A stretch of 64,000 bases of DNA, taken from assembly GCA_038231435.1 (NCBI GenBank), contig JBBRLJ010000020.1:33819-97818 (forward strand). The letters run 5' to 3'. Below the pieces are notes generated by a model. The model was not told where the DNA came from. It saw only the letters and a list, made by a program, of their open reading frames with translations, and did not search any database. Position 1 is the stretch's first letter, and each line of letters starts with the position of its first letter. The DNA comes from Planctomycetota bacterium (GTDB lineage Bacteria > Planctomycetota > UBA11346). Below are positions 40,496 to 49,858 of this stretch, one piece after another. The position numbers and the translations under genes were made by a program.

Positions 40496-43400
40496 ATGCG
40501 CTACCGCAGACGGGGGTTGGCCTGTAGAACGCCGGCCATGAATCGTGCCCGCATCCTCCTCGCCTGCCTGTTCGCGGTGCTGCTGTCGTCTGCCTGCTCG
40601 GCGAGCGATGCGCTGATCAAGCCGGGACGCGGGTACGCGGTGATCGACAGCGAGCACCTGCATGTGCTGGTGCCGGCGCACCAGGTCGAAGCGTTGAAGC
40701 CATTCGTGGCGCGGGCCGAGGTGATCTACGTGACCCTGGCTCATGACGCCGGTTACCACATCCACGATCGCCTGACGCTGCTGCTCTCCGACGATACCGA
40801 GGACCACAACGGCTTCTCGACGGTCACGCCATTCCCGATCATCGACATCGATCTCGCACCGGCGACGCAGCCATCGTTCATCTTCACCGGCGAGGGCGAG
40901 CTCGAGCGCACGCTCACCCACGAGCTCACGCACCACCTCTCGAACGATCGCCAGTTCAACGGCTTCCGGCGTGTGCTCGAGGCGATCTTCGGGCGCATCC
41001 TGCCCAACGACGTGATCAGCCTGATCTTCGCATACCTGAGCACGCCCGCGCACCAGACCATGCCGTCGTTCTGGCACGAGGGCTGCGCGCAGTGGGCCGA
41101 GACGGTGTACGCGCCCGCGGGCAGCCCGTGGGGCGGACGCGGGCGCGACAGCCTGACACACATGGTGTGGCGCCTCGACGCCGCCTCGCCCGAGGGCATC
41201 CCCAAGCCCGCGGATTGGCGCATCACCTACCAGCGCTGGCCATTCGGCACCCGCACCTACCTGTACGGCATGGCGTACCTGCGCTATCTCGACGGCGCGT
41301 ACGGCGACAAGGCCAGCATCTGGCAGCTGATCGAGCGCCAAGAGCATCGCTGGGCGTTCTGCTTCGACGGCGCGCCCGAGCCCATGCTGGGCAAGAGCCA
41401 CGGCACGATGATCGCCGAGGCGCGCGAAGCGCTGGCTCGCGAGCAGGCCGAACAGCTGCACATCCTCGCATCGCAGCCGATCACGGCGACCAAGCGGCTG
41501 ACACCCGACGATTCCAGGGTGTCCTCGCCCGCCTGGACCAGGGACGGCAAGCTCTTCGCCGCCTACGACGATCCCTTCGACCGCCCGTATTTCTCCACGA
41601 TCGCCACCGCGAAGGATGGCGGCGCGGACATCCACAAGACCGGCTGGTCGGCCTACGCCATGGGCGAGGCGCGCTCGCTCGCCGACGGCACGCTGGTGTT
41701 CAACGAGACGCCGGTCGGCACCAATCCGTGGTCGCGCAGCCACGTGGTGATCGTCACCCCCGATGGTGATCGCTGCATGCTCGACGGCAAACGCATGCTC
41801 CAGCCCGATGTGCGGAAGATCGTCGATGATGGAAAGGCTGGCTTCTCGGCGTACCAGGTCACCGCCGTGCGTCTCTTGCCGGCTGCACGGCAGGAGATCG
41901 TGCTCGCCGCCTATACCCACAGCCACGGATGGTTCAGCGCCGACAAGAATTCAGATTGGGTCCGCGTCCCCACCGAGGGCACGCCATGGAGCCCGAGCTT
42001 CCGCCCTGGGCACGACGAGATGTCGTGGGTGGAGACCGATGCGAAGGGCTCGCGCCTGGTGCTCGCGCCGCTCATGGACGCCAGCAAGCGCACCGTGCTT
42101 GCCGAGGTCGCGGGCCGCATCATCCATCCCGCGTGGACAGCCGACGGCGAGCGCGTGTTCATGTGCTCGGATGTCAGCGGCGTGTGCAATGCCTACGTGG
42201 TCGACGCGGCCCATCCCTCTGACCTGCTGCCGGTCACGAACGTCATCGGTGGCGTCATCGCCTGCGTGCCGAGCCCTGACGGCAAGGAGCTCGCGCTCAT
42301 CGATTTCGACACCCACGGGCCGTACCTGGCGAGGATCGCCAACGACCCCACCACGTGGCCCAAGCAGGTGCCGCGCATCGAGCTTCCCTTCCCCGCGCCC
42401 GTCAAGCGCGCTGGCGATCGGCGTTGGGCGATAGCCGATCACCACCCCGCCGGACCAGCCACGACCGCGGGCGCGGACCAGGGCGGCGATCATCCTACCG
42501 CCGACGATGGCGCCGGCCGCCTCGGCGCCGATGTGCCGGTATTCTCTCTGCCGCCGGATCGCGGCGATCCGGCGAAGCTCACCACCCACCGCTACCACGG
42601 CGTGCTCGAGATCCGACCGCTGTTCTGGACGCCGACCTCGCTGGTGGTTCCCGAGGGCGGCTACGGCGTCATCGGCGCCGCCGCCGACAAGCTCTTCACC
42701 CACGAGATCGTGGCGAGCTTCGGCTCGGGTATCGTCGATGGCCGCGCCGTCGGTCTCGCCGGCTATACCTATGGCGGCTGGCCGCTCGACATCTCGGTGG
42801 TCGGCTGGCGCTCGCAGCTGCTCTACAACGACCTGGTCGTCGACGCGCTCGCCCGCACCCACGACTACGGCGAGCAGCTGACCGATGGCGAAGCGCGCAT
42901 CGGCTATGGACTCGAGGGATTCCGCCGCCGCCACCAGGCATACGTCGCCGCTGGTTACGCCGATCATCGCAGCATCCGGCGCACCGAGGACATCTACCGC
43001 ACCCTGCCGCTGATCAGCCGCCCACCGTTCATCGGTCGCGAGCAGTATGTCGAGGCCACCGTCGCCTACGACGACAGCACCTTCTTCCCCACCAGCTACA
43101 CGCGCGAGGACGGCGACGAGTTCGCGGTGAGCTGGCGGCACAGCGGCTTCGGCGGCCACAAGGACGGCGACCGCATCCTCGGCCGCGGCACCAAGGTGAT
43201 CACGGTGTGGCCATCGCAGAGCCACCAGATCGTCCTCGGCGGCATCGTCGGCTGGAGCGAAGGCGACCGCTGGCTGCAGGGCGAGTTCGCGGTCGGCGGC
43301 GCCATGGGCACGACCCTGCCGCGCGGCTACCCCAAGACCGTCGCGGTGGGCGACTATCTGCTCGCCGGCAGCGGCGCCTATCGCCTGCCGATCTGGCGCC

Positions 43401-43648
43401 CGTTCGAAGGATTCTCGACCTCGCCATTCGCGTTCCGCCAACTCGTGCTCGAAGGCTTCTACGACGTCGCCAAGGTCTCGCCAAACCGAATCGGCGGACA
43501 AGGCACCTGGTTCCGCTCGGTCGGCGGCGAACTCCACGCCCAGTGGGAGGTCTGGTACGCCCTCTTCAATCCCGGCCTCGGCGTCGCCCAGCAACTCGAC
43601 GGCGACAAGGACCTGTCCGCCTACCTCACCCTCGATTTCGGCTGGTGA
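40496..43648 (+). CDS. large secreted protein with HExxH zinc-metallopeptidase-like motif and beta-propeller-like C-terminal region
   Basis: Signal peptide '...MNRARILLACLFAVLLSSACSA'. 'LTHELTHHLS' is an HExxH motif. Repeated 'PDG.'/'W..DG' propeller-like segments. GGAGG lies 10 nt before the ATG at 40496. An alternative start exists at 40538. Confidence 0.6.
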   Translation: MRYRRRGLACRTPAMNRARILLACLFAVLLSSACSASDALIKPGRGYAVIDSEHLHVLVPAHQVEALKPFVARAEVIYVTLAHDAGYHIHDRLTLLLSDDTEDHNGFSTVTPFPIIDIDLAPATQPSFIFTGEGELERTLTHELTHHLSNDRQFNGFRRVLEAIFGRILPNDVISLIFAYLSTPAHQTMPSFWHEGCAQWAETVYAPAGSPWGGRGRDSLTHMVWRLDAASPEGIPKPADWRITYQRWPFGTRTYLYGMAYLRYLDGAYGDKASIWQLIERQEHRWAFCFDGAPEPMLGKSHGTMIAEAREALAREQAEQLHILASQPITATKRLTPDDSRVSSPAWTRDGKLFAAYDDPFDRPYFSTIATAKDGGADIHKTGWSAYAMGEARSLADGTLVFNETPVGTNPWSRSHVVIVTPDGDRCMLDGKRMLQPDVRKIVDDGKAGFSAYQVTAVRLLPAARQEIVLAAYTHSHGWFSADKNSDWVRVPTEGTPWSPSFRPGHDEMSWVETDAKGSRLVLAPLMDASKRTVLAEVAGRIIHPAWTADGERVFMCSDVSGVCNAYVVDAAHPSDLLPVTNVIGGVIACVPSPDGKELALIDFDTHGPYLARIANDPTTWPKQVPRIELPFPAPVKRAGDRRWAIADHHPAGPATTAGADQGGDHPTADDGAGRLGADVPVFSLPPDRGDPAKLTTHRYHGVLEIRPLFWTPTSLVVPEGGYGVIGAAADKLFTHEIVASFGSGIVDGRAVGLAGYTYGGWPLDISVVGWRSQLLYNDLVVDALARTHDYGEQLTDGEARIGYGLEGFRRRHQAYVAAGYADHRSIRRTEDIYRTLPLISRPPFIGREQYVEATVAYDDSTFFPTSYTREDGDEFAVSWRHSGFGGHKDGDRILGRGTKVITVWPSQSHQIVLGGIVGWSEGDRWLQGEFAVGGAMGTTLPRGYPKTVAVGDYLLAGSGAYRLPIWRPFEGFSTSPFAFRQLVLEGFYDVAKVSPNRIGGQGTWFRSVGGELHAQWEVWYALFNPGLGVAQQLDGDKDLSAYLTLDFGW

Positions 43649-43654
43649 CTGTCA

Positions 43655-43678
43655 GTTGGGGGGCTACGGCCCCCCAAC
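43655..43678 (+). repeat. REP-like hairpin GTTGGGGGGC-tacg-GCCCCCCAAC (10-bp perfect stem) 6 nt after the stop of the 40496 gene
   Basis: Perfect inverted repeat read from the sequence, followed by 'catcggcctccggcctgcccccc'. Confidence 0.8.
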
Positions 43679-43864
43679 ATCGGCCTCCGGCCTGCCCCCC
43701 AGAAGCCAGGGAGCAGTTGGATTTTGGGAGCAGGCGCCAGAGGCGCTGCTCGACCGCACTGCGGAAAGATATTTTGTTCGCGCTCGCGAATCCGAGCAGC
43801 GCGCAGCGCCATGCTCCCATCCCACCCTTCCCGTTCCTTCCCGGGGGGCAGCGCAGAGCGCGAT

Positions 43865-43888
43865 GTTGGGGGGCCGTAGCCCCCCAAC
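43865..43888 (-). repeat. same REP-like hairpin in opposite orientation (loop cgta), abutting the stop of the minus-strand OMP gene
   Basis: GTTGGGGGGC-cgta-GCCCCCCAAC. Overlaps the TAG at 43888-43890. Confidence 0.8.
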
Positions 43889-44871
43889 TAAAAGCTATAG
43901 CCGACCCCGAGATCGAGGAACGGCCCGGTGATCTTGTATTGCAGCTGCTCGTTGTACGAGCCGGTCTGCGCGTTCGCCGCGCCCTGATAGAAGGTGACGC
44001 TGTCGCTGATCTTGCCCTTGAGGGATTGGCCGTAGATGTACCCGAGCGTGCCCATCATCTCCCAGCCGTTGATGAAGCGATACGCCAGGTCGACCTTGAC
44101 GCCGAGATCGTAGTAGAGGTTGTAGAGGTCGTTGTTGAACAGCGCGAGCGGCGCGTTCTTGCCGTAGACGTTGTTCTCGCCCGAGGTGTAGCTCGAGTGC
44201 AGGATGCCGAGGTGCAGGAAGCCGAGCGTCTCGACGGATAGCTGCGGGCTGATCTCCCACGCCATGCCAGCGGATGGCCCGACCGCGACCGTCTGCAACG
44301 TCGAGTCCGACTTGAAGGTCCTGCCGTTCTGGGTGGTCGCGGTGGTATCGGCATCGGTCATCGGCAGCGTGAATCCGACTTTCTTGTAGCTGGAGAAGCC
44401 GAGATCGATGCCCCACAGGAAGCCGTATTCCTGGCCGCGGCTGGCGGGATGGACGCCGTACATCGGGCCCACGTCCAGGCGGATCGACGAGGCGCTCGCG
44501 CTCTGGGATGACGACGTCGACTTGGCCGCGTAGCCGGGGAGCGGCGCGGCGTCGGGGGTGGCGTCGGCGCTGTAGGTCAGGTTCTCGCTCGTGAAACCAT
44601 AGCCGAGCTGGAGCCGCCAGACGGTGTCCGAGGTATTGACTCCCGGGGCGTTGCGCGCCACCGCGCTGCGCGGCGCCGCTTTGGGTGTGCGCGAGCTGGT
44701 GGCGGTCGACCTGGTGCTGGCCGGGGCGGTGGTTGCCGGGCGGCGCGAGGTAGTCGTGGTGGTGGTCTTCTTGGGCGTGCTGGTGGTCTTGGTCCCGCCC
44801 GAGCCGCCAGTTTCCGCCGCGCAGGCCAGGGCCGGAACGACGCACAGGAGCAGGAGCACGCGGTAGGTCAT
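43888..44871 (-). CDS. outer-membrane beta-barrel protein with Thr/Ser-rich N-terminal linker
   Basis: Signal peptide 'MTYRVLLLLCVVPALACA'. Alternating amphipathic beta strands. C-terminal '...LGVGYSF' ends in an aromatic residue. Confidence 0.65.
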   Translation of the reverse strand: MTYRVLLLLCVVPALACAAETGGSGGTKTTSTPKKTTTTTTSRRPATTAPASTRSTATSSRTPKAAPRSAVARNAPGVNTSDTVWRLQLGYGFTSENLTYSADATPDAAPLPGYAAKSTSSSQSASASSIRLDVGPMYGVHPASRGQEYGFLWGIDLGFSSYKKVGFTLPMTDADTTATTQNGRTFKSDSTLQTVAVGPSAGMAWEISPQLSVETLGFLHLGILHSSYTSGENNVYGKNAPLALFNNDLYNLYYDLGVKVDLAYRFINGWEMMGTLGYIYGQSLKGKISDSVTFYQGAANAQTGSYNEQLQYKITGPFLDLGVGYSF

Positions 44872-45009
44872 GGGAAAAGCCTCACTGGGAGGACATCAAA
44901 CGCCACGCATGCCACGAAGCGCAGGGAATCCGAGCGCCATAGCGAGGCGCATATGAAACACTCTTGGGCCGTATCGGCCAGGCGTACCGCACTGACGTGC
45001 AACGGCCCT

Positions 45010-45459
45010 TCAAGCCTTGGGATGGGAGCCCATCTCGGCCGTTTCACTGGCTTCGCGCGACCGCGACAGGGCGATGGTGCCCTGGTCAACCATCCACACG
45101 CGCGCGGAATCGATGCTGCGGTCGGCTCCAAGCATGCCGCGCGGCAGCTCCTCGACGGGCAGGTCCAGCTCGCCCAGCGGCTCCGCCGGCAGCGCCCAGC
45201 CGTGGTAGGTGGCGACGGCGAATACATCGCTCAACAGCTCATCCGCTCCCGCCACGTCCGCCTGGGCCAAGGCGTCGAATCCATCGGCGAGGGCGCGACT
45301 GGCGAACGTCGACATGCGCCGGAGGTGCTTGATCATCGCGCGATCCGCGATGGACGGGATCTCGTCACCGATGGTGCCCTGGTATCTCGCCAGCGACTCG
45401 GGATCGGTCAGTGCCGTCAGCAGCTCGGGGAGATGGACTCGATAGCAGGTGCAGCGCAT
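45010..45459 (-). CDS. hypothetical protein
   Basis: 149-aa ORF with protein-like composition and high GC3. The overlapping plus-strand 241-aa ORF is Arg/Gly-rich. Confidence 0.35.
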   Translation of the reverse strand: MRCTCYRVHLPELLTALTDPESLARYQGTIGDEIPSIADRAMIKHLRRMSTFASRALADGFDALAQADVAGADELLSDVFAVATYHGWALPAEPLGELDLPVEELPRGMLGADRSIDSARVWMVDQGTIALSRSREASETAEMGSHPKA

Positions 45460-45536
45460 GGGCCGGCCACGCTACGGCCATCTCGCGGAAAGCCAAAGCA
45501 CCTGGCGGCGCGCTCGGACGCCCTCGACTGCCGGTC

Positions 45537-46481
45537 TCATGGCTTGCGCCAGCGCGCCAACAGTTTCCCCAACGCCTGTTGGCCCGCCGCATTCAATCCG
45601 GGACCGATGATGCCGTCGGCGATCTCCCAGTACGCGTCGGCGCATAGCGACGAGCAATCAACCGCGCGGCAATGGTAGGCGTCGGACACGTCCGAGACCG
45701 GCTGCAGGAGCGGCTCGAGCCGCGCTGCCTCGGCCTTCGGCGCGATTGGCCCGGCGAGCACCACGTGCGCGGCTCCGCGCGCCAGGGCGTCGGACACCAG
45801 CCAGGCGAGCGCCTGCCGGTATTCGCGGCGCTTCCACCCGGCATCGATGTCCGAACGGGGCAACATCACCAGCACGCTGTGCCCTGAGACCTCGAGGCTC
45901 TGCGAGGCGGCGATCTCAGCGAGCAGGCCTGATTCGCCGGGTGACACCGCGGGTGCTTCCAGCGTCAGGTCGCAGACCACCGGCTCGGCTCCAGACATGG
46001 TGCGGAACCATTTCCAGCGCCGGTCGGCCGCAGCCTCGGTGCGGTCGACGACCAGTACTGCGGGAACACCGCCGATCGCCAGGCGATGTCCGGCATCGAT
46101 GGCCAGGCCGGCAGCGGCGCCGGGGCGCGCCAGGCGCACCCGCGCCGCGCGCGCTCCGGCGGTGAACTCGATGGCTTCGTCGCCCGACCCGCGAGGCCTG
46201 GGCCCGGCGACCACGCTCGCGCTGACGGTGGCTCCCCCTTCAGCCACCACGCTGGTGAGCTCGCCCGAGGGGCCGTGGATCGACCACGATCCGCCGTCCT
46301 TGCCGACGCGCAGCGCCAACCACAGCGAATCCGCTTCGTACCCGACGACGGGCAGGTAATCCCACGCTGGCGCCGCGGCATCGCCAGGCGCGGTCTCGGC
46401 TCGGCACGCAGACGGGGTGCCGACGGCGATCACGATGACACCCCAGGCGAGGACCGCGAGACGTACGCTCACTGGGCGCAT
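45537..46481 (-). CDS. secreted hypothetical protein
   Basis: Start placed at the ATG at 46481, giving the signal peptide 'MRPVSVRLAVLAWGVIVIAVGTPSACRA'. The tool's longer start would overlap the upstream TPR gene. Confidence 0.5.
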   Translation of the reverse strand: MRPVSVRLAVLAWGVIVIAVGTPSACRAETAPGDAAAPAWDYLPVVGYEADSLWLALRVGKDGGSWSIHGPSGELTSVVAEGGATVSASVVAGPRPRGSGDEAIEFTAGARAARVRLARPGAAAGLAIDAGHRLAIGGVPAVLVVDRTEAAADRRWKWFRTMSGAEPVVCDLTLEAPAVSPGESGLLAEIAASQSLEVSGHSVLVMLPRSDIDAGWKRREYRQALAWLVSDALARGAAHVVLAGPIAPKAEAARLEPLLQPVSDVSDAYHCRAVDCSSLCADAYWEIADGIIGPGLNAAGQQALGKLLARWRKP

Positions 46482-46539
46482 CCGCGCTGCGTAACCGTCG
46501 TCAGCTTCATCATCGTCGGCGTCATCGTCGGCGCGATCA

Positions 46540-48624
46540 TCAGTGCTTCTTGGTCCCCTGCATCTTGGCGGAGCCGCGCAGCTGGACTTGGAATTCCTTG
46601 ACCGCCAGGTTCCAAGCGACTCCCGCGTCGGCGGTGCCGAAGACACCGACGCAGAGGGTCTGCTGATCCTTGAACAGGCCGGTCGCGAGCTGTTTGCGGA
46701 TCTGCGGAGCCTCGTTCGATACCGCCGTCACCGCTCCACGCTCGAGCTCGAGGCGCAGGGTCTGGGTGCCCTGGGCCTCCTGCGGCAGGCTCTGCCACGG
46801 GCCCCACGCGCCTTCCTTGATCTCGCGCCAGCCGAAATGGTTGTCGCCAAGCACCGCATAGGCGACGCCGTTGGCGCGAGCGCTGTCGAGGATCTCGATG
46901 CCGCAGTGCGCGGCGTTGACGCCACCCAGGTCGAGGGTGGCCTGCACCCAGCGCACTCCGGCGGTGGGCTCCTCGTGGTAGACGCGGGTCACGGCGTCCT
47001 CGCCGGCGGACTGCGTGCCCTCGAACACCAGGCGGGAATTGTCGGTGCGAACCTGGATGTTGGTGCCGGGCGCGGAGATCTTCCAGTCGCGGTCGAGCAG
47101 GGCGGGGACGCTGGCCTCGAAATGCTCGGTCAGGAGCGCGTCGTCGGCGGCCTCGTACTCGTGCATCAGCAGGGCGACGTACTCGCGCGGCGGATCGATG
47201 CTGTCCTTGACCGCCGAGAACAGCACGCGCGCGCTGGCTGGATCCTTCTGCGCCTCGGCGATGAAGACATGGCAGACCGCGGCGTAGCCATCGTTGGGCG
47301 GCAGCTGCGCGAGCGCCGACTCGGCCTGCGTATAGCGGCGCGCCAGGATGTGGCCGTAGGCCTGCCAGCGAGCCGACTCGGGGCCGGGCGTGTGCGCGAG
47401 CGCCCGGGTGGCGTCCTCGGTGGGATTCTTCAGCGCCGCGACCTGGGCGAGGAACATCTGGCGCTTGCTCTTGCCGTCGAGCTGCGCGAGCGCCTGATCG
47501 TAGCGCTTGGATTCGAGATCGACGCAGGCGTCGTACTCGGCGACCAGCGCCTTCATCTCGGCTGGCAGATCCTTGCGTTGGTATGGCTTGCGGTCGAGCA
47601 TCGCGAGGCCCAGCTCCGCGGCGGGCGAGGTCAGGCCCTTCCAGAAGCCGCGCGCGTCCTCGGCCCGTCCGGCGCGCAAGGCGATGACGCCGAGATTGTA
47701 GCGCACCATCTCCGCGCTTTCAGGAGAGAGCTTGCCGGAGAGCGCCTGGGTGAGCAGCGGCTCCGCCTTATCGGCGGCGCCCTGCGCCAGTTGTGCGCTG
47801 CCGGCGATGGCGCGAGCCTCGTCGACGAACTGATTCGCCGAGATCAGCGCCTCGGCGGTGAGCAAGGCTTCGGGGCGGACGCCGCGCTTGAGCGAGGTGC
47901 GCGCATAGCCGAGTCCGGACTCGTAGTCATTGTGCAGACTGAAGCCCTTGCGATACGCCTCCTGCGCGGTGGCGAGGTCGCCCGACAGCTCGGCCGCGGC
48001 GGCGCGGTAGCGGTTCGGCGTCAGCGCCGACGGCTGGCGATCGTGCCATAGATCGATGATCTGGGTGAGATCGGCCTCGCGCTTCTGCTGGGTGTAAATG
48101 CGCGCGAGGTTGTCGTAGCCGAAGGTCCACTGCTTCTCGGTCTCGAGCAGCGGCTTGATCAGGGCGGCGGCGCCGTCGAGATCACCTTGCTCGATCAGCA
48201 GCGGCACCACGGTCTCGGCCAGGTCGGGCGTCGAGCGGTTCGCCATCGCCTGACGGGCGAGGGTCAGCGCGTCGTCCTTGGCCCCGTTCTCGAGGCCCCA
48301 TTTGACGGCTTTCTTGATCTCGTTGATATCACCAGCGTCCAGTGCGCGCTTGCCGTAGGTCTGTACCGCCTCGGCGGCGGTCTGCTTCTTCTCCCAGCGA
48401 TCGATCTTGGCGACTGGGATGGTGATCTCGCCGGCGGCCCCCGCCTGCTTCACGCGCAAGCTGCCATCGGGAAGCCGCTCGATCACGCGCCCGGACACCG
48501 GCTTCGGCTCGCCCTTCATGTACACGTTGTCGAGCGGCACGATGGCCAGCGTCGGCTTGTCCTCGGCGAGCACGCTGGCGTTCAGCGCGAGCGCGAGCGT
48601 GGCGGACAACACCGCTTTCGACAT
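46540..48624 (-). CDS. secreted TPR-repeat protein
   Basis: Signal peptide 'MSKAVLSATLALALNASVLA'. Multiple TPR-like A/L/Y-rich repeats. Confidence 0.6.
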   Translation of the reverse strand: MSKAVLSATLALALNASVLAEDKPTLAIVPLDNVYMKGEPKPVSGRVIERLPDGSLRVKQAGAAGEITIPVAKIDRWEKKQTAAEAVQTYGKRALDAGDINEIKKAVKWGLENGAKDDALTLARQAMANRSTPDLAETVVPLLIEQGDLDGAAALIKPLLETEKQWTFGYDNLARIYTQQKREADLTQIIDLWHDRQPSALTPNRYRAAAAELSGDLATAQEAYRKGFSLHNDYESGLGYARTSLKRGVRPEALLTAEALISANQFVDEARAIAGSAQLAQGAADKAEPLLTQALSGKLSPESAEMVRYNLGVIALRAGRAEDARGFWKGLTSPAAELGLAMLDRKPYQRKDLPAEMKALVAEYDACVDLESKRYDQALAQLDGKSKRQMFLAQVAALKNPTEDATRALAHTPGPESARWQAYGHILARRYTQAESALAQLPPNDGYAAVCHVFIAEAQKDPASARVLFSAVKDSIDPPREYVALLMHEYEAADDALLTEHFEASVPALLDRDWKISAPGTNIQVRTDNSRLVFEGTQSAGEDAVTRVYHEEPTAGVRWVQATLDLGGVNAAHCGIEILDSARANGVAYAVLGDNHFGWREIKEGAWGPWQSLPQEAQGTQTLRLELERGAVTAVSNEAPQIRKQLATGLFKDQQTLCVGVFGTADAGVAWNLAVKEFQVQLRGSAKMQGTKKH

Positions 48625-48698
48625 CCACTCCCGCATGCAAGGCGCCATCCTCGGAGAGGAGCGCCGCGCGACGGTTCGCTCGTTGGGCATCTGCGCGC

Positions 48699-49025
48699 TC
48701 ATTTCTGTGGCACCGGCATGATCGGCAGCGCGGGGAAATCGAGCTGCGGAGGTGGCGGTGGCGGGATGTGGGTGATGGACGGGCCGCCAGGAGTGCGGCG
48801 AGCGCTGAACGGATTGAAGCCCGGGCCTTCGCTCAATTCTGGAATCAGCGGCAGCAGCGCGCGCTCGGCGGGCACCACGTCGGTCTTGGTCGCGGGGCCG
48901 ACGATGCGCTGATCGTGGGTCGGAATCGGGAAGCCGCCGATGCCGCCGATGATCGCCGATCCGGTCGAGAACAAGGCGACCACCGTGAGCAGGCCGGCGG
49001 CGAGCAGATGGGGAGTGGTCTTCAT
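48699..49025 (-). CDS. small secreted Pro-rich protein
   Basis: Signal peptide 'MKTTPHLLAAGLLTVVALFSTGSA'. Contains 'PPPPPP'. Its ATG overlaps the upstream gene's TGA (ATGA). Confidence 0.45.
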   Translation of the reverse strand: MKTTPHLLAAGLLTVVALFSTGSAIIGGIGGFPIPTHDQRIVGPATKTDVVPAERALLPLIPELSEGPGFNPFSARRTPGGPSITHIPPPPPPQLDFPALPIMPVPQK

Positions 49026-49858
49026 GATCCGCCTCCGAGCCGGCGCGTGACTGGTTTCGGCGCCGTCATCGGCGGCGCGATCGGGCTCTCGGCCGGCTTG
49101 CGCTCGCCGTCGGAGGCCGCGGCATCGGGATGGGCGGCGGTGATGAGGCTGGCGGTCAGGCGCAGGTGCTGGCGGTTCTCGGCGACCTGTTCGATGCTCA
49201 GGTTCTGCACGCCGATCCCGAGCTTGGTCTGCGCCTGCAGGAGGTTCAGCAGCAGCGTCTGTCCGTCGGCATAAGGCACGTCGATCTCGAAATCGCAGGC
49301 CAGGAGCTGATAATTTCCGGTGGGATCGATCTCGGCCTTGCCGGGGCTGATGGTCCCGACCTTGGTGACGCCCGCATCCAGGCATTGGTCGAGCACCGCG
49401 CGGTACAGGTACAAGTACGCCAACTGGGTCCGCCGCTTGGCTTCATCGGGATCGAGGCCGCTGTCGTAAGGCAACGTCGCCGGCAGCTCCATGTGCTGGC
49501 TCTGCGCGCGCTGCTTGATCGCCATGTGGTCGGCGTGCACCTGTGCCGAGGCGCTGGTGACCTCGGAAGCCAGGTACGAGCGTGGCAGCTCGGGAACCAT
49601 CGCGCTCTCGACCTTCTCGAGCATCTGGGCCTGCTGCTCCTTCGCGCGCGACAGCTCGCGCACCGCGTCGGCGACGGGAATGCCATCCTTCGGGGTGTCG
49701 GGATGGTAGAGCTTCACGTACCGGCCGTGCAGCTCGGACGCCTGCGCGATGGTGGTGCCGAGCGAGCCGGCGCGCATGGTCAGCACCGAGAGGCCGACGA
49801 CGATGATCGCGACGATCGCGCCGCCCCAAATGACGAGCAGCTTCTGATCGGGGGTCAT
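49022..49858 (-). CDS. bitopic membrane protein with GspM/PilO-like periplasmic domain (tentative)
   Basis: N-terminal TM 'LLVIWGGAIVAIIVVGLSVL' followed by coiled-coil and mixed alpha/beta segments. ATGA overlap with the next gene. Confidence 0.45.
   Translation of the reverse strand: MTPDQKLLVIWGGAIVAIIVVGLSVLTMRAGSLGTTIAQASELHGRYVKLYHPDTPKDGIPVADAVRELSRAKEQQAQMLEKVESAMVPELPRSYLASEVTSASAQVHADHMAIKQRAQSQHMELPATLPYDSGLDPDEAKRRTQLAYLYLYRAVLDQCLDAGVTKVGTISPGKAEIDPTGNYQLLACDFEIDVPYADGQTLLLNLLQAQTKLGIGVQNLSIEQVAENRQHLRLTASLITAAHPDAAASDGERKPAESPIAPPMTAPKPVTRRLGGGS

Noticed and set aside
43649-43700. canonical rho-independent terminators after convergent genes
   Set aside because: Hairpins are present but none is followed by a T-tract. 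Called REP-like or terminator-like hairpins instead of intrinsic terminators.
44953-45678. 241-aa plus-strand ORF overlapping the 45010..45459 minus-strand ORF
   Set aside because: Arg/Gly-rich with poor composition. The minus-strand ORF has protein-like composition, though it is itself low confidence.
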